From positions 10,083,888-10,147,887 of the forward strand of contig NC_092676.1 of assembly GCF_964355755.1 (NCBI RefSeq): DNA of 64,000 nt, read 5' to 3'. Under the pieces are notes generated by a model, which had not been told where the DNA came from, did no database searches, and worked only from the letters and a program-made list of their open reading frames with translations. Shown here piece after piece: positions 1 to 11,199 of this stretch. Source of the DNA: Antedon mediterranea (taxonomy: Eukaryota; Animalia; Echinodermata). Numbering within the stretch: the stretch's first letter is position 1; every line of letters begins with the position of its first letter. The position numbers and the translations under genes are program-made.

Positions 1-2778
1 CATCTGTATTTGCTTGGCGACTTCAACGCCCGTGTGGGATCTGACCATTATTCCTGGCCCAGGAGCATTGGACATTTTGGTGTAGGAAGACTAAATGAGA
101 ATGGCCAGAGGCTTCTGGAGCTCTGCAGTTATCATGACCTCTGCATTACCAACACATTCTTCTCCACCAAGCCTCAGCACAAAGTGTCCTGACGACATCC
201 AAGATCTCACCACTGGCATCAACTAGATCTCGTCATCACTCGAAGATCTTACTTAAATTACGTAAACATCACTCGCAGTTACCATAGTGCAGACTGCGAT
301 ACTGATCACTCTATGGTGCGCAGCACAGTGTGTCTCAAACCAAAGCAAATTCATCGCTTCAGGCACATAGGATGCCCACGCATCAACACAGCTAATACCA
401 ATCTGCCAGACCTGTGCGCTCGTTTTGCCCAAACCATCGATAAAATGCTGAAAGACTGTCCAAAAGCCAACTCTGAAATGAGATGGGCTCATATTCGTGA
501 TGCCATCTATACCTCCGCCAAAGACATCTTCGGCGTGAAAGAGAGGAAAACCCCTGATTGGTTTGAATCAGGAATTTCTGCGATGGAGCCAGCTTTAGAG
601 GCAAAGCGTGCAGCGCTAATTGACTACAAAAGAGACCCTTCAGAAAGAACACTAGAGGCTCTTCGTAAAGCTAGAAATAACTCTCAAAAGATAGCTCGAC
701 AGTGTGCCAACCAATACTGGTTGAACCTCTGTCAAGATATTCAACTCTCTGCTGATCATGGCAACACTGGCGCCATGTACGCTGGTATAAAAAAGGCCTT
801 TGGACCTAGTGCAACGAAGATCGCACCATTAAAGACCGCCTCTGGTACCATCATAACTGATCGTGGAAAGCAGATGGAGAGATTGGTAGAGCATTACCAA
901 CAACTCTACTTGAGAGAAAACATTGTCACTGACTCAGCCATTGAGTGCATAGATTATCTCCCCATAATGGAAGAGCTCGACAATCCACCTACACTGGCGG
1001 AACTAAGCAAGGCCATTGATATCTTGGCTTGCAGTAAAGCCCCAGGAAAAGACGGTATCCCACCAGAGGTCCTCAAGGCTGGTAAACGCTCCACATTATT
1101 ACTACAAAACCTACACGAGCTTCTGCTACAATGCTGGGAAGAAGGCTCAGTACCCCAGGATATGCGTGACGCAAACATCGTTACACTGTATAAGAACAAA
1201 GGCGATCGCAGCGACTGCAACAACTATCGTGGAATATCCCTTCTTAGCATAGTGGGTAAAGTCTTCGCACGTGTTGTACTAACTAGATTACAATCACTTG
1301 CAGAACGTGTCTATCCTGAAGCCCAGTGCGGCTTCAGAGCTGGAAGATCAACCATCGACATGATATTCTCAGTGAGACAACTACAAGAAAAATGCCGTGA
1401 GCAGAGGCAGCCCCTGTACATTGCCTTCATAGATCTAACGAAAGCCTTCGACCTTGTCAGTAGGAAAGGTCTCTTCTCCCTACTACAAAGGATCGGATGT
1501 CCTCCAAAGCTTCTGGGAATAATCACCTCCTTTCACGAAGACATGCACAGCGTTGTGCAGTATGATGGCTCATCTTCAGATCCTTTTCCCATCAAGAGTG
1601 GAGTAAAGCAGGGGTGCGTTCTCGCGCCTACACTCTTCGGCATATTCTTTTCCCTGTTACTATCATATGCCTTTCGTCAGTCAAATGAAGGAGTCTACCT
1701 ACATACTCGAAGTGACGGAAATCTCTTCAACCTTGCCCGCCTTCGCGCAAAGACCAAGGTGCGACGTCTACTTATTAGAGAGTTGCTCTTCGCTGATGAC
1801 GCTGCCATCACAGCCCACAGTGTAGAAGCACTCCAGCGCCTCATTGACTGCTTCTCACATGCATGCGAGGAGTTTGGCCTTACCATCAGCCTTAAGAAAA
1901 CGAACGTTCTAAGTCAAGACGCAGCCAATGCTCCTCCTAAGATCAAAATCGGCGATCATACTCTTGAGGTGGTGGACAAGTTCATTTACCTTGGTTCCAC
2001 TGTTTCCAGTAACCTCTCATTTGACGCCGAACTCAACATCAGGATTGGAAAAGCGACATCAGCCATGGCTCGCCTAACAGATAAGGTTTGGAAAAACCGC
2101 ATGCTGACTATAAACACCAAGATGAAGATCTACCAGGCTTGTGTCCTAAGCACCCTATTGTACAGCAGTGAATCATGGTCTCTTTACACCCGCCAAGAGC
2201 GCAGATTGAGTTCATTTCATCTGCGCTGCCTGAGAAGGATACTCGGCATCAAATGGCAGGATCATGTCTCAAATAAAACCGTTCTAACTCTGGCAAGTTT
2301 GCCCAGCATGTACTCACTACTTACCCAGAGACGCCTTCGATGGCTGTGCCATGTAAGGCGCATGATGGATGACGGAAGAATACCAAAGGACTTACTCTAT
2401 GGTGAGCTTGTCACTGGAACTAGACCTAAAGGAAGGCCCATGTTACGCTTTAAAGACGTATGCAAGCGTGATCTTAAGTCGGGCAACACAAACGTCACAA
2501 ACTGGGAGGCTGTTGCCTCCGATCGCAGTATGTGGAGATCCACTATCAAAATGTGTGTCCAAACAAGCGAGAGTGGACGCGACAAGAAACGGACGCTACT
2601 CAAGAAACGTAGAAAGGAGAGAGCATCCTCTGCTCCAACCGATCAGGAGCCAACGTACATCTGCCCAAAATGTGACAAATCATGCCGCTCAAAAATTGGA
2701 CCCTGCACCGAATGACGGATAGAGGGCGCATACCTATTGTCTCTCGAGACAGACGGCTGCCAACAAAAGTAAATAAAA
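1..2778 (+). mobile_element. RTE-clade LINE retrotransposon (APE endonuclease + reverse transcriptase), 5' end outside window
   Basis: ORFs 10-192 and 313-2715 are in one frame, separated by a single TGA at 190-192 (W expected in 'KVSWRHPRS'). Motifs: APE GDFNARVG and DCDTDH; RT YRGISLL, QCGFR, FIDLTKAFD, GVKQGCVLAP and LLFADD; C-terminal CPKC knuckle. A short RTE-like 3' UTR (gtctctcgagacagacggctgccaacaaaa) follows. Confidence 0.93.
313..2715 (+). CDS. RTE LINE ORF (reverse transcriptase), 800 aa remnant downstream of a premature stop
   Basis: ORF track; RT motifs as above. The C-terminal zinc knuckle appears truncated (CPKCDKSCRSKIGPCTE*). Confidence 0.8.
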   Translation: MVRSTVCLKPKQIHRFRHIGCPRINTANTNLPDLCARFAQTIDKMLKDCPKANSEMRWAHIRDAIYTSAKDIFGVKERKTPDWFESGISAMEPALEAKRAALIDYKRDPSERTLEALRKARNNSQKIARQCANQYWLNLCQDIQLSADHGNTGAMYAGIKKAFGPSATKIAPLKTASGTIITDRGKQMERLVEHYQQLYLRENIVTDSAIECIDYLPIMEELDNPPTLAELSKAIDILACSKAPGKDGIPPEVLKAGKRSTLLLQNLHELLLQCWEEGSVPQDMRDANIVTLYKNKGDRSDCNNYRGISLLSIVGKVFARVVLTRLQSLAERVYPEAQCGFRAGRSTIDMIFSVRQLQEKCREQRQPLYIAFIDLTKAFDLVSRKGLFSLLQRIGCPPKLLGIITSFHEDMHSVVQYDGSSSDPFPIKSGVKQGCVLAPTLFGIFFSLLLSYAFRQSNEGVYLHTRSDGNLFNLARLRAKTKVRRLLIRELLFADDAAITAHSVEALQRLIDCFSHACEEFGLTISLKKTNVLSQDAANAPPKIKIGDHTLEVVDKFIYLGSTVSSNLSFDAELNIRIGKATSAMARLTDKVWKNRMLTINTKMKIYQACVLSTLLYSSESWSLYTRQERRLSSFHLRCLRRILGIKWQDHVSNKTVLTLASLPSMYSLLTQRRLRWLCHVRRMMDDGRIPKDLLYGELVTGTRPKGRPMLRFKDVCKRDLKSGNTNVTNWEAVASDRSMWRSTIKMCVQTSESGRDKKRTLLKKRRKERASSAPTDQEPTYICPKCDKSCRSKIGPCTE

Positions 2779-3169
2779 ATCCACTAGAAAACAAACAAGT
2801 CTGAATGTTATGCTTATTAGCCATGTTATGTTTGTTACTGTATGCCTATGATTGTTTGCAACAAAAAAGACGTGTGAGGTTCTTTCTTTAGATTTTGAAG
2901 AATGATTTGTGTTACAGGTTGACACATGAGTCAAATGCTCAAGATATCGGCTAACGCCATGGGACCCTTGGCTTATCAATGAATAACAAATACAGTACTA
3001 CTTTGTTCAATTGAAATCGGAATCTGACCGTTTCATTAAATTGGGTGTGATTAGGCCTAAACATATAATAATTTATTAAAAAGGTACAATAAAAACAAAT
3101 GCATCAGAGGTGTAAAGAACCCACGGTCAATATCATGTAAAATGTATATGGTATAAGCACTGTGGAAGG

Positions 3170-3405
3170 GGTCATTATTATTAAACTGGAAATTCGGCTT
3201 ATCAACAAATAAATACTTTCGTTTAAAATGTAAAATAAGACTGAAAAATTGGGCTTATCAACAAATAAATACTTTTGTTCAAAATTTAAAATAAGACTGC
3301 ACAATTTGGCTTATCAACAAATAAAATACTTTTTTTTTCAAAATGTAAAATTAAGACTGGAAAATTGGGCTTATAAACAAATAAATACTTTTTTTCAAAA
3401 TGTAA
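3170..3405. repeat. Degenerate tandem repeat, about 4 x 60 bp
   Basis: Recurrent unit aattgggcttatcaacaaataaatacttt...aaaatgtaaaataagactg. Confidence 0.75.
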
Positions 3406-3432
3406 GAAAACATTTTTTAAATATAATCCTTA

Positions 3433-3580
3433 AGCTCTGTCTATACTATCAAACTAAATATGATGTGCCCATATTATATAGACATGACGATGTCCACTAC
3501 GATATTCGGGCATATCACTACCATATTTGGGCACATCACACTTTTTTTGTTAAACTAGTTGGGACAGTGTAGACAAAGAA
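3433..3580. mobile_element. MITE, Harbinger/PIF-like (TIR ctctgtctacactatcaaact); family also at 46365-46646 and 50530-50664
   Basis: Terminal inverted repeats plus internal IR gatgtgccca...tgggcacatc; three copies in the window; TTA/TAA flanks at the 46365 copy. Confidence 0.7.
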
Positions 3581-4689
3581 CTATGTGATCGAAACATAAG
3601 TCGGAATTGGACTGACGCGATTGATTTAATTGGGTATTTTAATTAATGTAATGATTCATTAAAAACTATAATACCGATACGCGTTTGGTATTGATCAATG
3701 GTGCAAAAAACCCTGAGAAATAATGGTATAACGCGATTTGGTGATAGCTTAGCAATAGTACAACCCATATACTATTATTATAAATACCTATTACAAATCC
3801 ATTCATATAACTTTTCATCGCGAACCGAAAATGTATAAATGTTATTCTATAGACAGTAATTATATATTCAAAAGCCATATTATTATTATTATCAATACCT
3901 AAATGCGATAGTAATAACCACATAAACATAAATTATTCCCAATACAAGTTTGTGCGTTTAATTCTAGAAAGAAACGACTGTGCTGACAGCCCAATGACAT
4001 AAATCACAAGTAAAGTCCCAATTGTTCACTTGCGTTTTGATTGGCCGACCTATTATATTAGATTAATGAAGACTGTCCAGTCAAAAAGTTACGCGGCGTT
4101 TTTTGTAAGAAATATTTCTTGTTTATGATGCAATGCCTCGTCCATATCTGACGAATCGCCAGATTCGTCAGATACAGCTCCGTGCGCAATGATGCGTATC
4201 CATATTTTCCGTTCGTGTATTTTGTATATCGTTCGTAATTTATACTGCTAAAATTTGTTAGTTTCTTTAGTTTTTAGTTTAGCAGAATTAAATTAGTAAT
4301 ATGAGATGATAATTTATTTGTCACGAATCAGGCAGTTCGAAAACGAATTTTATTCATATTTTACTTTGGCTTGACAATGAGCGCAGCAAGTTGTTGATAT
4401 CGCTTTGGTCCTTGGATGCACATGAAACGGAGCCTCGCCGCATGATGTGGGTGGTGGATCGACTCCGCGTGCTGGACGTCGTGAATATAGAGGCTTCCGA
4501 CGGCCGTTGAAATAGAATATTGCAATGGCGTGAGTAATTTTCGCTAATTTACCATGGTATCTTAAAATTTCGTTTTTACTCAAAATACTATACATTTTGT
4601 TTTTATTTGTATGGGTTTGTGTTAATTTGATACATTTAAATAACATGTGTGAATTTCTTGAAAATCGAAATTCCATTTCAGGTCCATTT

Positions 4690-5070
4690 TAACAGATTTT
4701 ACAACGAACTCACTCTGGAAGAAAATATGCAATTGTTGAAATCGGTTTTGACGAAGTCAAAGGTGACTTGAACACACCATGTAAGGAATTGGAAATATTT
4801 AATGTGAATGAGTTAAGAAGTAAGTCATTAAACGGTCGGATTCACTCTTAAATGGTGCAATATTAGCCGTGCATAAAAAAACTTCTTGAATATTTCCCGT
4901 CCCATGCTAATTCCAAGCTACAGTATAATTGTTTTATATTTCATGATATGTAAGTTCACTCGTTGATCAAATAGAGTATGTGCCTGAGCAGTATCGATCT
5001 GAAATTCTTCAAGATGCTACTAAATGGTGCTTCGAGAACTTTACAGTCACCAATTGAGGTAATAAATTAT
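4690..5070 (+). pseudogene. Decayed duplicate of methyltransferase exons 3-4
   Basis: Near-identical to 13198-13338 and 13450-13700. It has a 4-bp deletion, the exon-4 acceptor mutated (tttcag to tttcat) and a premature TGA. Confidence 0.85.
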
Positions 5071-5970
5071 ATTGATTATACTTTGCATGGGCAAGTATAT
5101 AAAAACCGCACGATAAAGTGCTTTGACAAATTATTAAAATAAAAACAAATTGTATCACGAATAAAATTAGGAACTACTGCCATTGATTTTTTTTATACAC
5201 TACGGTATCCCTTCACTTTAAAATAAATGTAGGCTAAAAAATTAAAGCAATAGTGGATATGGAAATTTAGACTTTACATTTGACTGTTCAGACTTTACGA
5301 AAATAAAAGACGCTAAAGAAAATTGTGCTGTGTGAATTAGATGATGCGCGCAAACACTAACGAAAGTATAAAATGCTAAACTATATTATTTTGGGGTGTT
5401 TTTTTCTTGATGTATGAATTATTTGATACATACAGATAAAATAAAAAAGTTTAACATAAATCGATTGAAAAATACATTGCTGCGGAAACACGAATTGTTA
5501 AGTTGTTTTCATGTTCAACAATATATAAAACCATTTGTAATCATTTTGTTTGTGTGTGTTTATTTTTATTCATTTACATTTTATTTTTATTTCAATTGTT
5601 CTGATATTTGTTAGCTATTTGCTACTTCTGTAATTACATCGTGGTCTATAGCAGTAACCCGTGCTCCACACCGTCTTGTCTGCCTTAATAATAATTTTCA
5701 TGGGATGAGTATAAGTATAAAAGCACAATACTGTATATGGGATATGAAAGTGGCAACGTGCATGAGAGGTGCACGTTTTGAAGTATGTCAATCAGTCGGC
5801 AGATTAAAACATTTTAATGAAAAAATATGAATATGAAATAAATTATAAAATAATTACGGACACAAAAAGTTGCAATTTTTTTGTGTGTGAGGTTTCGTGT
5901 CTTTTTCGCTAGTTTTTTAATTACATTATGGTCTAGTTTTGATTTAAACGGTGATACTTAATTATAATTA

Positions 5971-8057
5971 CTAGATGGTACGCGAGCGAAGCGAGCGTAC
6001 CATCTAGGTCGTGCCCGCAGATGGTTCTCGAATACATAGTAATTTAATAGTAAAAAATCTGGCGATTTCAAATAATAATAAGTAGACACAATGATTTATG
6101 TAGTCAACCAAAATTAGCACCCTGGGAATTACTTCCGAAAGAGAAACTTACCACAAAATGAGTCCAAATTGTTTATTCATTTAAAGAAACCCAATTAGGG
6201 TTGAGGGATGGGAAAGAGGATAGGTACAAAGAGGAACAATTTTTAAATATATTCTTTATCCACGTCAGTAACGAAATATTGTTTTCATTTTTTATAGGCC
6301 TATAAATAATATACCACTAACGGTGACTAAATATAGTAAAACATTTGCGATTTAATACTTTGTTAAAACTGTCACTGTCATAGGCGATTGAAATAGTAAA
6401 GTACATGTAACGATACACCACTACGACGTTTATATTTTTTGTAATTATTAATTAATGCAAACGTTGAGAAGCAACTGTCAGTAATAAAGTTTATTTGTAT
6501 ATTACGTGTTTATATATCTAACAGTAGAGCCTACCCATAATCACAGTAATAAAGTTTATTTGTAAATATTTTTTTACATCTAACAGTATTCACAGTAAGA
6601 AATGTTTGTATATATTTTTTTACATCTAACAGTATTCACAGTAAGAAATGTTTGTATATATTTTTTTACATCTAACAGTATTCACAGTAAGAAATGTTCG
6701 ATTCAAATGACGACCACAAATGGTTAATAGGTTGTATTGTCAAAGTATTGCAAGTTTATTCTCCAAGGGCTCATAAATTTACCTACTTGTGTTAAACCAA
6801 ACTGGCAGACTGAGAGATTGGAATGTTCCATTCATCGCAAATCAATACATTTGTAAAAACGTAAATTAAATCTATCAAAATAGTATTTCTTAAAGAAAAT
6901 CTTTAAAAAAAAACAAAATTTTCACATGAATTCGTATCTACAATCCAATAGCTTCCAGAAAACGTTTTAATCGTGATTATCACATTTTATTCTTATGATC
7001 TATAACAGATTAAAATTTACTGTAAAAGATGAAATTAATGACCCACGTAATTTAAATTTTTAGGCATGATGACGTCATAAAAATTAAACTATTTTTAACT
7101 CATGCGAAAGATAGTTGATTGACCTAGACAATATTAAAATCTCGGAGAAAATGGAAGACGGATAAGCGTGATGCGCTCCATTGCACGTGATGAGCAATAA
7201 CGAAAGAGACAAAAATCCTATTTTTTACATTCGTGTGGACATACGATGACGTCACAATGTCCGGTTAGCCATATTGATTCATGATCCGATATCTATAACT
7301 CATCAATTTCCAGAATATGTAATTAAAAAAAAGTTCACCTCGTTGTTTAGAATCTATGACTGTTTAAAAAAAGGCATAATTTTGATGAATTTTGACAAAT
7401 GTTTTAACTTTTTCATCAAAACCGCACGTAAATTATCCAATTCAACGTGCCCGTATGACGTAATTTTAAGTCGAAATTGTTTAAAAGTTGGTAAAATTAC
7501 TAGAAAAGGCTGAAAAAACATAAATCACGCAAAAAAAATTGTTTTCAACGCTACGTTCGCACCATGCGCGTAAAAAAATGCGCGTGGGAATTTTTTACAT
7601 GCTCAAAATGATATGAAACGCGTAGAAAGTTGATTAGAAATTGATTTTTCCCATTTAGAAATTTTAAACACGCGTGCGCGCGTAACTTCGTCTGGAACAT
7701 GCCATTTTTGTTCTACAGTCAGCTAGCGCAAGATATAAATTTTGTTAAGTTTCAATTTACGTTGTTACATGGTTTTCTATATATGGTAAAAACGCGAAAT
7801 TCATAAAAAAAACACGCGTAAGTTACGTTGCGCATTTCTGACGTCATTCACAATAGCAGGTGCACAACTTCATGTGAATGTCCTATTTTTTGCCTTTTTT
7901 TTAGTGTTTATCCTTAAAATTCTGGAAAGTGACATAGCCTATCGTGTGCGGCTCCTCAATAAACATCAGTGTGCCAAATGTGAGAACTATCATTTCAGTG
8001 GTTTTGGAGGAGATACGTAAAATTACGCGAAAAATTTAGTAGCATTAATATAATAGA
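5971..8057 (-). mobile_element. Non-autonomous Helitron (rolling-circle element)
   Basis: The minus strand begins TCTATTATATTAA and ends CTAG, inserted between A and T with no TSD. A 13-bp-arm hairpin (ctagatggtacgc/gcgtaccatctag) marks the 3' end. Internal ~44-bp tandem repeat at 6480-6700. Confidence 0.8.
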
Positions 8058-9420
8058 TTATTACCTCCGCCAAGGAGGTTATGTTTTCACCCCTGTATGT
8101 TTGTGTGTGTGTTTGTGTGTGTGTCTGTGAACAGCCTGGAGGCCACAGTTTTTATCCGATTCTCACCAAATTTGGACACAATGATCTATGCCCAAAAAGC
8201 TCGGACGAGTTCGAATTTGAGGGGGAAAGGTCATAGGTCAAGGTCACAACTAACAAAAAACTTTATTACTGCCTAGAGACCACAGTTTTGATCCGATTCT
8301 CACCAAACTTAGCCACAATGATCAATGAATCATCATATAATTTTGGTTAAATTTTGAAGGGTCAGGGTTAAAGATCAAGGTCCACAAAAAAAAAAATATT
8401 AAAAAAAAAAAAAACTTTCTGCGGGACTTGAACCAGGGACCTTAACTGTGAGACGCTGGATAGATAACCACTACACCAAACTCTCATCCACAACTTTGTA
8501 GTGTGCAGTTAGCCTATTTACACTTTAGAACTAATAAAAACAAGGCCAACAGCCATTAAGTCGCGTGCTACAATGCATAGTGATACCGGACCGACAGACC
8601 GACAGACAGACAGACCGACAGACAGACGGACCGACCGACATAGTGAACTATACTGACCGAAATTACTGAACATGTTTAAAAATGTTGAAATGTTTAAAAA
8701 CATTTATATTTTTTAAATTTACACGTGCGTAGCCTGTCACTTTTGACGTGCTCGTATAACGTAATTTCGAGTTGAAAAGTAAGTCAAGAAAACAGAAATC
8801 GGGCAAAAAGAGTGCGCAATAACATTTAACGCGCAGTGCGCGCGCAAAAATCTGCGCACTCATGGCAATTTTGTAAACGCTTAAAATTGCCTGAAACGTA
8901 CTCTTATTTCATCGAAAATAAATTTTGAAAATTTTAAGCGTGCGTACGCATGCGTTACATGCGCTACGCACGTCATTGTATTGCCATATGATGATTTATG
9001 CCCTGAAATTTATGAGTACCAAATTTTATTTAATTGTGATTCATGGTTGTTAAGATATGATTACAAACGTGATTTCGTTAAATCGTGCGTAGACCGCGTA
9101 ATTTTTTATTGCACACCGTGAAAACATAACCACATCGATTCCTGGCCATAAGGAATATTCTGTGAAAAATTGACTTAGCTAGAATTAAACTGATATCAAG
9201 ATAAGGTCATAAAGCGATAAAACGCATAGTGATACCGGACCGACAGACAGACAGACCGACAGACAGACCGACAGACAGACCGACCGACCGACATAGTGAA
9301 CTATAGAGTCGCTTCCACGCGACTAAAAATGTAAAAAAAAAACATTTGGGGGGGGGGGGAATTTTATGTAGGGGAATTTTACAGTAGGCAGAGGTTTGTA
9401 CTCTCAGAGTACCCTCTAGT
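8058..9420 (+). mobile_element. Helentron-associated (HINE/DINE-1-like) non-autonomous element, family A; second copy at 42231-42793 (-)
   Basis: 5' ttattacctccgccaaggagg, (GT)n microsatellite, 3' ggcagagg subterminal IR plus hairpin gtactctcagagtac then ctagtt. Colinear with 42231-42793 once the nested insert is removed. Confidence 0.75.
8537..9329 (-). mobile_element. DINE-1/Helentron-like element, family B, nested in family A; second copy at 18816-19614 (+)
   Basis: tttttagtcgcgtggaagcgact start, (GTCY)n microsatellites, 3' subterminal IR cacgcgact plus hairpin ggctgttggcc, T-rich target. Highly similar to 18816-19614. Confidence 0.8.
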
Positions 9421-9610
9421 TTGTACTGTAGTGATACCTGAATTTAATAAATAGTATTGGTGATGGTTTTAGAGTTGATTCTCTTTAAATTAATGATGCT
9501 CACCTGTCGTTAGATAGTAATTAATAAATTCAGGGCTGATGCAATTTTATAATGGAACAATATCAAAGCTGACCTACGACTGACAATTGACTATGAAACA
9601 TATACGTGTA

Positions 9611-9681
9611 GCATCGGTGGTTAAGTGTAAGAAATCTCGCCTGCCATGTAGTGGACCCGGATTCAATTCCCGGCCGATGCA
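9611..9681 (+). tRNA. tRNA-Gly(GCC)-derived pseudogene
   Basis: gcatcggtggttaagtgtaagaaatctcgcctGCCatgtagtggacccggattcaattcccggccgatgca followed by TTTTT. It matches the metazoan tRNA-Gly-GCC layout with several stem and box mutations. Confidence 0.7.
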
Positions 9682-9758
9682 TTTTTGGAATGGAGCAATA
9701 TCAAAGTTGACCTAGGACTGACCAGATTAAGCATAATTACACGTGTAGTATCCGGGTA

Positions 9759-9829
9759 GTATCGGTGGTTCTGTTTTAGAATTCTCGCCTGCCACACGTG
9801 GAATCCGTGTAAAATTGCCGGCCGATGCA
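9759..9829 (+). pseudogene. tRNA-Gly(GCC) pseudogene copy 2
   Basis: Same sequence family; B-box degraded (gtgtaaaattgcc). Confidence 0.65.
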
Positions 9830-9905
9830 TTTTTGTAATGGCAAAAATATTGAAGCTGACCTACAAATTGATCAGTGACTATAAACAAAGTGACATAAAC
9901 GTGTA

Positions 9906-9965
9906 GCATCGGTGGATCTGTGGTATAATTATCGCTTGCCACGCAGGTTAAAATCCGGACCGATT
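9906..9965 (+). pseudogene. tRNA-Gly(GCC) pseudogene copy 3 (internally deleted)
   Basis: gcatcggtggatctgtggtataattatcgcttgccacgc then deletion. Confidence 0.55.
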
Positions 9966-10069
9966 GGAATTAATTTGGTCCAAGAATTCGACCACCGATG
10001 CTACATGTTTATGTACCATAGTCACTGGTCAGTCGCAGTTCAGCTTTGATATTGTTCCATTATAAAAAA

Positions 10070-10138
10070 TGCATCGGACGGGAATTGAACCCGAGTCCCC
10101 CGCGTGCCAGGTGAGAATTCTACTACTGAATCCAATGC
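10070..10138 (-). pseudogene. tRNA-Gly-derived pseudogene, inverted copy (anticodon reads GGC)
   Basis: Reverse complement gcattggattcagtagtagaattctcacctggcacgcgggggactcgggttcaattcccgtccgatgca followed by TTTTT. Confidence 0.65.
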
Positions 10139-10811
10139 TACATGTATATACTTCATAACAAAATGATCAGTGCCTATGTTACATATAGACGGGAATTCTA
10201 CCACTGAACTAACACATGATCCTACGCGTGGCACCACCGATGCTACACTGAATCACCGATCCCCCGTTGGGAAATGTACCCCCTGTGTCGGAAAGATCCT
10301 GGCGCCACCGCTGTAAAGATAGTCTCCTTTCATGAATACGGAACTTAGAAATTTATAACTAACTAGTCAGAGGATCAACAATAAGTGTTTGTAAGTGCAA
10401 AATTCGGACTTTGAAAATATGAACAAGAATATGAAAATGAAAAGAATAAACAACATGAAACTTATGGGCACATAGCCTATAATTCGATGCTGTAACAGCA
10501 ACTATGAATTTATCACAGCCAATTAAAATACGAGTTAATCTTGCCAAGGCGATCTGTTTAGCGAGCTTAGATTACTTGATTCGCCGGGAATATTACTATA
10601 AATTAAATGTGTTACTGTTAGATCCTTGTGGGGCGACTTGCGTCCATATACAGGTTCTTTCGTGCTATAGGAAATAAAATTTGATTACAACCAGTAACAT
10701 TTCCGACTGTTTAGTTGTTATATACCAGATAGATAGATAAATACAATACAGAATAAATTTTAGTTAGAGTTCTTGAAGTTGAATTGGTCTAGCTAAATAG
10801 GCCTATATATA

Positions 10812-10955
10812 CATCTTTATACTCTGAAACAGAAGAATACGAGAAGCTGTGAACATACTTTATTTGCACCGAAAAATTACTTGATATTATACATAAATGA
10901 TATTAGATTTATTGCGCAGATTAAACAAAAAAGCTGCTATTGGTAAGTAGGAAGG
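10812..10955 (+). pseudogene. Decayed duplicate of methyltransferase exon 1 (exon-3-like remnant at ~12195-12270)
   Basis: Aligns by eye with 12388-12555, including the gctattg|gtaagtagga donor. 11030-11135 also duplicates 12045-12150. Confidence 0.65.
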
Positions 10956-11199
10956 CACATAAAATATTGTACTTTCATAATTATTCTTTAAAAAATATGA
11001 ATGGAAGAACTATCTTCAGTTATTAATACAAGGGGAATTCGTTTATAGATCTACTGTAACAATATTATTTTAAGGCCATGATAATAAGAAGAATCTAAAA
11101 CGAAACAAAATGTATTCTAAATAACTTTATTTTAAAACGGATGCAACACTTGGATCACCAGATTGGTGTTTTTCACAAGGCCGTTACTTACTACAAAAC

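Noticed and set aside
190-192. In-frame TGA as programmed readthrough or selenocysteine
   Set aside because: It falls at a position where Trp is expected in RTE proteins; a simple TGG to TGA mutation is more parsimonious.
253-2824. Multiple short ORFs overlapping the RTE
   Set aside because: Shadow ORFs of the LINE coding sequence.
9611-10138. Functional tRNA-Gly genes
   Set aside because: Each copy has mismatches in stems or A/B boxes, so they are treated as pseudogenes pending tRNAscan-SE.
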